NCBI GenBank assembly: GCA_964035545.1
Contig: OZ037765.1
Span: forward strand, 6,024,698-6,088,697
Length of the DNA stretch: 64,000 bases
Direction of reading: 5' to 3'
Source of the DNA: Bugula neritina
Lineage: Eukaryota; Animalia; Bryozoa
Below the pieces are notes generated by a model. It ran no database searches. It was not told the DNA's origin and saw nothing but the letters and a program-made list of their open reading frames with translations. A program made the translations under genes and the position numbers. Position 1 is the first letter of the stretch. Each line of letters starts with the position of its first letter. Positions 55,113-64,000 of the stretch are shown here, in pieces.

Positions 55113-57204
55113 CTATTTTCCTGTATGATGGATCTTCATGTGATAATCTAGGTTAGATTTCTGAGTAAATTTACTGGTGCAAATATGACATTGAAACGGC
55201 TTTTCCCCTGTATGAGTTCTCATGTGAGCATCCAACTGAGATTTCTGAGTAAATTTCCTGTCACAAGTGTCACATTGGTATGGTTTTTCCCCTGTATGAA
55301 TTCGAAGGTGAAAATTTAAGTTGGTTTTCTGAGTAAATCTACGATTACAAATATCACACTGAAATGGTTTTTCCCCTGTATGAACCTTCATGTGATAACT
55401 TAGGGCAGATTTACTAGCAAACGTCTTGTCACAAGTATGACATTGAAACGGCTTTTCTCTATGGGTTCTCATGTGAGTATTTAGGGAACGTTTCTGGGCA
55501 AACTTCTGGCCACAAAAATTACACTGAAAAACCTTTTCTCCTGCATGAGTTCTAAGGTGAAAACGTAAGTTGGCTTTTCGAGAAAATTTTCTGTTGCAAA
55601 TATGACATTGAAATGGCTTTTTTTCTTTATGAGTTTCGAGGTGAGTATTTAGAGAATGTTTCCGAGTAAACTTCCTGTTGCAAATATGACATTGATACTG
55701 TTGTAGTCTTGTATGAGTATTCAAGTGCTGAACTACTTGGGATTTCAGGTTACTTTTCATATCACAATAAGGACATTGGAATGATTTTCCTCCATCTAAT
55801 CTCCTTATATAGAGATCCTTACTAAAATTCAGATTAATTATATCACCGTCAGCACGTTGCCTTTCCCCTGCAAGTCATAAAGCATGTGAGAATATTATAT
55901 ATAACACTCAAGTTGTAGCTCACATGCCAAACATATACTTTTTAAAAAAACAGTTTTTAATCAGCAGGCTATAGATTTAGGTGGTTTTCAAATCAATAAA
56001 GATTCAGTTAAAACCACATCTGATATTGAAAGAAAATGAATGGATTTTAAATCAGCATTTTTCACAAAAATTAAATTCTACAGATTCAGATATTTAATAT
56101 TAATTAGAAATACTGATGTGTAGAGTTATTGTGGCTGAATATGTGAATGAGACTATCAGAATTAGTATAATATATAAATAAGACGATCAGAATTAGTATA
56201 ATATATAAATAAGACGATCAGAATTAGTATAATATATAAATGAGATGATCAGAATTAGTATAGCCCTAACTATGTGTCATCCTAAATATTTATGTGAATT
56301 CACTACCTTCCTCAGCCTGTTCCTCCTGACTACATAGTAATGTCACTGAATTAGAGTTGTCTGCTTCTTCCGCACACTCAAAATACTCCACTTCGATGTC
56401 TAAGTCAAACAGAGTAATAGATAATTAACAAATAAAACCGATTGGAAAAATTTTCTCATGTTCAAAAGAAGTGTTTTTTTCTATTGATCAATGTGAACAT
56501 CAACTAAACATTCTATCCTAGAAAAGAAAATAAGAAAAGCTTCACCATAGTGGAGTGATTAGAAACTATAAGCAGAAAAGACATCAGATGACTACTAACC
56601 ATTTGGTAGTTCTACTTCCTTATCACACACAGTACTAGTTTCTGATATAGCCTCCACTCTGCCTACAAACATATTATATACACTACACAATGTATACAAG
56701 TGTAGTACCTACTAGGTGTGAACTTAGCCTAGGAAAGAGCATGGAAAAAGATGGTAACACAGGCTATGAAACTCTGAAAATTTGGAAAGTACAGACTACA
56801 CTGAACTGAAACTTAGTTTAACTCAACCGAACTTTAAAATTGAAGAAACCATATTATCACTTGATTTATACTATCAGCAAAGGACATGGGCATAGATTAT
56901 CAGCAATCAATTAGAATTAGATCATGCCTTGTCTAAAAATACTATTTTCCATGATTTGTCCTATTAGGAGAAAGAAGACAAGAATGTCTTATCTACTTCA
57001 TCATTATGTAGAAAGAAAAGATAAATCATATATATTCATATAAAAAGTATGTACAAAGGTTGAACTGTTAAAAGTGACTAAGCAATAAGCATTGCCAAAA
57101 TATTCAAAATGAACTCATACTGAATGCCCACCTCCATATTCTGAGTAACCTGGTCTATCATTTGATGTCTCTACATAGTAGGAGGGCTCCTGCTTTACCT
57201 TCAT
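55113..57204 (-). CDS. C2H2 zinc-finger protein with 8 tandem fingers
   Basis: Finger exon 55867-55113 with HTGEKPFQC linkers; small upstream phase-1 exons 56399-56307, 56662-56600 and about 57206-57130 (MKVKQEP). The start is uncertain; a micro-exon 57657-57645 (MDLQG) is possible. Confidence 0.8.
56155..56262. repeat. 31-bp minisatellite, about 3.5 copies, intronic
   Basis: ATCAGAATTAGTATAATATATAAATAAGACG-like units at 56155, 56186, 56217 and a partial copy at 56248. Confidence 0.9.
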
Positions 57205-58589
57205 TCCTATGAGAGAAATAGAGAAAGTATTAGGTTTTAAGGGAGATGTTAGAGACAGAAACAACTATAGTTAGTTACTTAGTGAGCTGAGATTTTGTAA
57301 ATAGAATTAATGGTAAGTCAATCAAACATTACCAATAAAAAGAAGTTAAATAATAACTTTACTCCTATACCTCATATCTATACAAACTCTTAAAATATTA
57401 TACAAAACACTGTGATTTCAAACATTCAACTACTAAAGAGATATCAGTTTATATTTAATCACTGCAGCTGACTCAGTTGACCCATGATTTTAATTTGACA
57501 AGAATTTCCATTGCTTTGAATATATCAATTGACCAGTTCCTAAACACTGAATGAGAAGTATATTAGCTTAATGGGAAGCAATGGGAATGCAATGGATAAT
57601 TAAGCATACAATATGCATTGGTAGTAGGAAATAGTAAAACCTACCCTGTAAGTCCATAGCTGCTTCAAGTTACTAATAGTAACAACACATGGCTAAACTT
57701 CTTTATTTAGTATCATCACAGCAACCATAATTAGAAAAAATGCTTAGGTTAAACTCTTGATTTTGTATCTTCACCATTGCTATAATTAAAGACACTCAGA
57801 ATGATTTAAGAATAAATGAAATAAAATCTTAATCACCCAATAAACTATCTTGGTAATAAACTGAGTGCATTCAAATATGGAAATGCTGAATTACAACTTT
57901 GCAATGACTGACTACAAAACCAGCACCGTCAGGGCCATAATTATTACTCTAGTTATTACTATGACTCAATATTAGTCTGAAAGTAACCCTGATCAACTCA
58001 CAATAACTTAGCTGAACTGATTAATGCATATGTATGACAATGTTCAAGATATTGATTGGCTTTCATTTCCAACAATATGATTCAATAGCATTGAACTCAA
58101 AAAAATACTAGAACTTTTCAGTATAATTGAGTTGGACTTGAAAGGATAATATGCCATAAAATGAATTTATAGTAAAATGGTACTCGAAACAACAAATATT
58201 GAAATAGTAAAACTGATAATTGTGTCAAGAAGTTAAACTGTAAATTATACACTTTGACAATATTTTCACATATAAACACTTGAAATTCAATTTCATTTCA
58301 ATTTTCCAGGCAACAGCTGTTGTGTTAATACCAAGAGGATGTATTTTTAAAAGAACCATACGCCCTATAACTACCCATAAGAATAAAACAAAACAGTAAA
58401 GTAATTGGAGTATAATACAACACCTTTCTTTCTAAAACAAACACAACTGAAATGTAAACATGAGTGACATACGAAAAGTGATACAAAGCGTATAAATGAA
58501 TTTTGTGAGTATTAATAGGTTGATAAGCATAAAAATACAAACATGTTAAACATTACGAGAACATAATACCAGAAGATAATATCAGAATA

Positions 58590-59220
58590 TAACAAGGCAC
58601 TAGACAGGAGGCTAGACCTAGTTTTGGACTAACGAACACCAGAGCTAGAAACTGAGTGGGTCTGTTTGGCCCGATCTAGAGGAACAACTGCCTGGTGGGG
58701 CTAACCTGAACTGGCTTTTCTCGGGCTGAATATCCAACCTAACATCTGATAAGAATTGTTGGGCTTCACTACCATATACAGCGGTCTGTCTGGGACTACT
58801 ATGAACTGGTTGGTTTGAACTGAACAGCTACATCACTTGCTTGGTGACGAGTAAGTTGGTGAGAGACAAGTCTCTAATTTTAACTCTGTCACCTCGTTTC
58901 AACGGAGAAGTAGTGCAACTTTACGCCTAATATCAAAATTCTCCTTCACTTGACTGCCCTACAGCTCTTATTTCTCTTGAACTGCCAATCTCTCTACAGC
59001 TACAGGGACTAACAGCTTAGTGAGTGCGGGAACAGTAGTCTTCAGCTTTCGGCCCAACAACAGCTCAGTAGGAGACAAGCCATTTTCCAGAGGGGAAGAT
59101 CGATAGGCTAACAGCGCAAGGTATGCATCTGTCTCTTTCTTGAGCAGAGACTTGACTGCTTGGACTGCCCTTTCAGCCTCTCCATTAGCCTGAGGATGCT
59201 TTGGTGAACTAGTGACATGT
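58590..59220 (-). mobile_element. Decayed Ty3/Gypsy integrase fragment from a different lineage than the full-length element
   Basis: Translates HVTSSPKHPQANGEAERAVQAVKSLLKKETDAYLALLAYRSSPLENGLSPTELLLGRKLKTTVP, then in-frame stops. Confidence 0.85.
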
Positions 59221-61048
59221 GCAACTGAAACGTCATTGTCAATACGGATACCAGCCCTACTGATACTTATAGTGATCCTGATACTGTAATAGTGATACTG
59301 ATAGTCATACTCATAGTGATAGTCACTATCATATTCATAGTGCCTAGGGCTAGTCGGCTAGTGGCATCTCAAACACTTATGATACTCTGATAGCAAATTT
59401 TATTATAAAGACTACACGGTTATTTTATAATGTACTAAATGTGTTTAATATAAATGTATTCATATTGATTACAATGATCATGAATAATATTCTATTCTTT
59501 TTTACCTTGGTTCAAAGGCCCAAAGGGTTAAAGTTAGTCTGTCGACCCCATAATAAATAATAGTAATACGAGTAATTATTACATTTTAGAGGCCTCGATT
59601 TTTAAGCAAATAAATTAATTGGAATCGCTGTTGCATCTTTTCTCTCCCATAATCATTATTAATTTTTACGCTGATTAGTTATAACCCGAATCAAAAGGCT
59701 GCAAATTTTATTAGTATATTAAGTACGGAGTTGTCTTTACTCGGTTTTTTTAACATTATGGCTGACTTCCAGTAAATGGAGATCGTTTTAATAATAGCTT
59801 TTTATTACTGCGCTTAAACTTAAACTTTTAGCATTAAAATAATAAAGCTGCAATTATTGAACTATACGCGTACATCACAGTTTATTATGTGGGTATACAA
59901 CTATAAAGTTATCCTACCCCAACTTAGGTAAGATGACTCTGAATTAGTAAAAAATAAATGAATAGTGTACGCAATTTCTGTAATAATTTATTGGCTGTTT
60001 GTTTAGTTTTACATACAATCTGCTATATTTAATTTCTAAAATTACCTACTATCAACAGTTATTATTTTTATCGAGCAGTTGAAAAAAATGTCATTAAAAT
60101 AGTTAATTTAGCTTTTCAATCGACCGAGGGAATAAATTCCTTTTCTCATTTCGTAAGTTTATAAAGATTGCACGAATGCCTAATGTGTGCATAAATAAGG
60201 AACGAAACACTAGAATGAAATCTGTGGAAAAAACATAGAATTGGGGAAATCCGAGAATACAATGATTATTCTTCAGGAAAACTGAAACTGTAGTACAACA
60301 GCTCTTGTAAGAGTGACAAGTTGTCGTGAATATTACGTTTTATTGTCAAGAAAAACTGTAGTTTCAGTTTGATTTTTAGTTTTATTACTGTAATAGCTAA
60401 ACCATTCAAATTAGCTTTTTTAATCTTTATTTATTCCATTGTTTAGCATGTAAATTAAAGTGTTGGCCGATTTTTTTCAGGCAAATACCTAATCTAAATC
60501 TTAGTTCTTACACTTACTCACTAACTTACTGTTACTGTATTAGTGTTACAGTTAAATTCAATGTTATTCGCATTGTAATAGTTAAAGTTGATCTCAAAGT
60601 CAATGAATGAGTCATCAGACCATAATGATTATGGAGATCATTATTGTGGTTATCATTACGATGAGTAATTATCATTATGATTATGAGTATATTATTATTG
60701 CTATCAATATAAATATGAGTATCTTGATCATGATTATCATTGTGGTATAACGTAAGACTAAGAATAATGTTATTGTAATCGTAATACCAATGGTAATTAT
60801 TATTTTAATAATTTTAGTATTACTATTGCTATAACTATTTACTTTTAGCGAATATTGCTATTTTAAAATTACCATTTTAAATAATCATGATAATAATTTA
60901 AATTAGCAATAATCAGGATCAGTATCACCAATACTAATTTAGTAGTTAACTAATTACTATTAGTGATTACTAAGATTAATAGTAATACTGCAAACACAGC
61001 AATAGTCATAGTTTAAGTTTTAGCCTATACTTGTGCTTATAATTTAAA

Positions 61049-61290
61049 GGAGCAGCCCTGGTCTAGGGGTTAGAGCGTTCGCCTAGTAAGCACGAAGTCA
61101 TGGGTTCGAGCCCTGACATAGGCCAATGGTGATGTTAGGAAGAGCATTCAGTCATAATTGCTCCCGTGCCTCATTTGAATAAGTCTTTAGTCCGATTTAA
61201 CAAAAAAACCCTTCCATCAGGGATTTTCTCCCAGGGATGGTTGTTGTGGTGGGTTTTTACAATTTGGAGTAACGTAAACTCACTGAATAA
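61049..61290 (+). mobile_element. tRNA-derived SINE
   Basis: A box TGGTCTAGGGG and B box GGTTCGAGCCC with no acceptor stem closure; body is shared with copies at 62494-62705, 10095-10180 and 26884-26987. Confidence 0.82.
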
Positions 61291-61296
61291 TATATA

Positions 61297-61584
61297 TGTT
61301 GTAGCCTTTGAGTGAGCTTGGGGTCAGTGTACAGTTACGGGTTAATGGCCTGGCTGCGAGGTAACTCCAGCTCCCGTCCATCGGTAGGGGTGAAGTTGAG
61401 ACTCCAGGTTAGGGTAGTTGGCCGGCGGTGCTCCTCAGTTTATGATCCTGGGCTAGCACTCACTAACGTACCCTAACACATTCTAATTGAGTCGCATACA
61501 TTCTATACAAATATCTTCAATCGTCCCTCTATCAGTCTACAATCCCTAAATTCTCCCATTTACACTAGGTTTTATAGCTACAAC
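61297..61584. mobile_element. Probable solo LTR (288 bp) with a GC-rich, potentially structured 5' half
   Basis: Termini TGTTGTAGC...GCTACAACA (9-bp inverted, TG..CA); size similar to the other LTRs here. No TSD visible. Confidence 0.5.
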
Positions 61585-61646
61585 ACTCACACAAGCCACG
61601 CCCACGCTATATCCAATATCTATGTCAATCTCAGGGTTGTGCACCC

Positions 61647-61664
61647 CACACACACACACCCACA

Positions 61665-61756
<92 letters not shown>

Positions 61757-61794
61757 ACACACACACACACACACACACACCCACACGCACACGC

Positions 61795-61826
<32 letters not shown>
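61647..61826. repeat. (CA)n microsatellite, about 180 bp, with CACGCA interruptions
   Basis: Directly visible. Confidence 0.98.
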
Positions 61827-62493
61827 GAAACAACAAGAGGAGACAACTACACATACTTATAAATCATGATATAAACTCGCGTGAAATTTTTTCATAGTTA
61901 TAATTATAATATAATTATAATAATATTGTAGTTTACACTCTACAGTTGTCGGTTGACTGAAATTTAACTTTACATTTATATAATTATGTAGCATTATTTC
62001 GATCATCGGTTTGTTTTTATTTTTAATTTTATGTAGTTTCATTATTTACTTATTATATGATAGTGAAACTAGAATTTTTAATATAACATCAACTTCAATG
62101 TATCATCTTTTATTTATATATATTTATTATCACTGTGAGTATCATAGATGATTGTCCCGCTGCTAAGGATTATTGTACTTATGTTGGTCTGTAACTATGA
62201 CTATAAAGTTCAATGTAATTTTACATTTATTGAAATAGTATGAAACATCTCAAGTTCTCAAGTAATGCAATTATTTATGGGTAAATGGTTATAAAAAACT
62301 ATACATATAAATTGTTTTAATTTTTTATTTTAGTAAGTAAAAAATATTTTCCAGTTTAACACAAATCGCCCAAATTTCAAAGACAAGTGGTGATGCACCA
62401 GTGAGACAAATTTGCTCAAATTTATGTGCGGATGGTCAGTGTTTAATTCTCGCTATGAATTATAATGATACTAATTTTCAATTATGCTTAATG

Positions 62494-62705
62494 AAACTCA
62501 CCCAAGTTTATAGTCACTATCCCTGGGAGAAACCCTAATGAAAAGGGTTCTTGTTAAATCGGGCTAAGGACTTATTCATATGTGGCACAGGAGCAATTAA
62601 GACTGAATGCTCTTTCTAACATCACCAATGGCCTTTATTGGAGATTGAATCCATGACTAAGGGATTAATAAGCCAAGGCTCTAACCCCTAGACCACGGAT
62701 GCTCC
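62494..62705 (-). mobile_element. tRNA-derived SINE, second copy, inverted relative to 61049
   Basis: Reverse complement begins GGAGCATCCGTGGTCTAGGGGTTAGAGC and continues GGCCATTGGTGATGTTAGAAAGAGCATTCAGTC. Confidence 0.82.
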
Positions 62706-63116
62706 TTTCAGTTATGTTTAACGCTTAGCTTTGTTATCAATGTTAAAGTTAAATCATTACCTTGTTTTGAATAATTCAAGAGCTAAAATAATAATATCTA
62801 TGCCTGTAAATTATATTATTGTAAATGTTTCAACATATGAATTTTAGACATTTTGTTATTTCTGTATGTTGTGTTTTAGATTTTATAACTTGAAGAAATT
62901 TTAAACAAGAAGGAACTTTATGCTCAATAATTTATGTTAAAAATAACTTGTCACATTGATTGTCCATTTAGTTCATTCACTTCTTATGTACATCTTTTAT
63001 CAATGCTTACTTATAAGTATATTATATTTGTGTGCATGTATTGGTGTAGGTTTTGGTGCAGTTAATGTATTTGATAGATTTATTATTTACAAACTTGTAT
63101 TGTAGCTAACTTTATA

Positions 63117-63586
63117 ATGGAACTGGTCAGCTCAAATGGTACCACTCTTCAAGGACCCAGCTCTTTATCTTCCCGGGAAAGAGTATCTGAGACAACTGAT
63201 TTTGTTGTTTTTAATGGCCAAGGGAATTCCAGCTCGTATGATGAGCCAGATTTTGATCTATTTTCTAGTTTATCCCAGGCTGATGCTGTTGCTCAAGTAA
63301 AAGAACTTTTACAACAACGTGAGATGTTGCAAAGTAAGTGAGGTCATGTGTCTACTAGAATGCTAACATAGTTTATAAAATTATTCAATACACTCAGGAA
63401 ATAGTGCAACTATTCAATTCACTATATTATGAATATATTACAGGCAATTTTGCTGAATGCACACAGAGGTTGAGTGATATGACTCTGACATGTAATGAAT
63501 TGAAAGTTCAAGAGCAACAGAATTGTCAGAGAGCAAAAGATCGAATTGATAAGTTGTTGAAAGAAAAAGAAACTTTGCAAGAAGAG
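63117..63586 (+). CDS. First two coding exons of a coiled-coil protein, possibly optineurin/NEMO family; gene continues beyond the window
   Basis: Exons 63117-63333 and 63444-63586 splice in frame: SSLSQADAVAQVKELLQQREMLQ-SNFAECTQRL...RAKDRIDKLLKEKETLQEE, which resembles the NEMO/OPTN N-terminal coiled coil. The exons are well supported, the family call is weak. Confidence 0.55.
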
Positions 63587-64000
63587 GTATATAAACTGAT
63601 GACTATAAATTACATCTGGGTACTGTAGGGCAAGTGGTCATTCACACTTATTTTACTATCCATTGGCTTATTCGCAATAAATTAAAGTTTATTTATGATT
63701 TTATTTCATTCGACTTTAAAATGCAACCATGTTCCATAAATTTACATACCTCAGTCAATATTTGCTGAGTATTTGCGCCAATCACAGGGTTTGGTTCAGG
63801 AGCGCATTTCTACTTTGATGCCACATCAGTACAGTCTTATCAAAATAAATTATTGTTAATTTTATAAATATTACTAAATTGCTGTGGGTTGGCCTGTGCT
63901 GTAATATAATGGGGATTTTTGTAGACTAACCAGATTATTTGACTGATCATCTACAGTTTTAATTTGTTGCTTTCTTAATTCGTTGTTACCATATGCACAC

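Noticed and set aside
56155-56262. CRISPR-like array
   Set aside because: Head-to-tail tandem units without spacers in a eukaryotic intron; a minisatellite.
61049-61125. Functional tRNA gene
   Set aside because: A and B boxes are present but there is no acceptor stem, and it continues into a repeated SINE body.
61408-61477. Telomerase RNA template or telomeric seed (TTAGGG / CCCTAAC)
   Set aside because: Single units only, no contiguous CTAACCCTAAC and no H/ACA or CR4/5 features seen; better explained as two strands of one helix.
61546-61897. HT- and CV-repeat ORFs
   Set aside because: Translation artefacts of the (CA)n microsatellite.

Overview
AT-rich, intron-rich animal (invertebrate-like) genomic DNA, not prokaryotic; most short ORFs in the track are exons or noise. 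Genes reconstructed by hand from splice sites and reading frame: RSU1 (+, 5' end outside the window), ISOC2 (-), RAE1 (+, last intron GC-AG), a 22-exon nephrin/Sns-type Ig receptor (+), THG1L (+), a C5orf22/UPF0489 homologue (-), an 8-finger C2H2 gene (-) and the start of a coiled-coil gene, possibly optineurin/NEMO-like (+). Mobile DNA: a young full-length Ty3/Gypsy LTR element (38356-45832, -), a 2.1-kb foldback element with ~0.8-kb arms, two Harbinger-type MITEs, a tRNA-derived SINE family, a decayed Gypsy integrase fragment and a probable solo LTR. The best candidate for something new is the Gypsy element. In the env position it carries a hidden third ORF (C2H2 zinc fingers, basic NLS-like motif, coiled coil; split by one TAG and one frameshift, so the ORF track misses the fingers). 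Its Gag zinc knuckle has also lost all three cysteines. Also notable: degenerate 6-nt-periodic tracts near gene 5' ends, a likely mutual 3' overlap of THG1L and C5orf22, and a G-U-rich pseudoknot-like fold in the solo-LTR-like element. All assignments are by eye; no searches were run.
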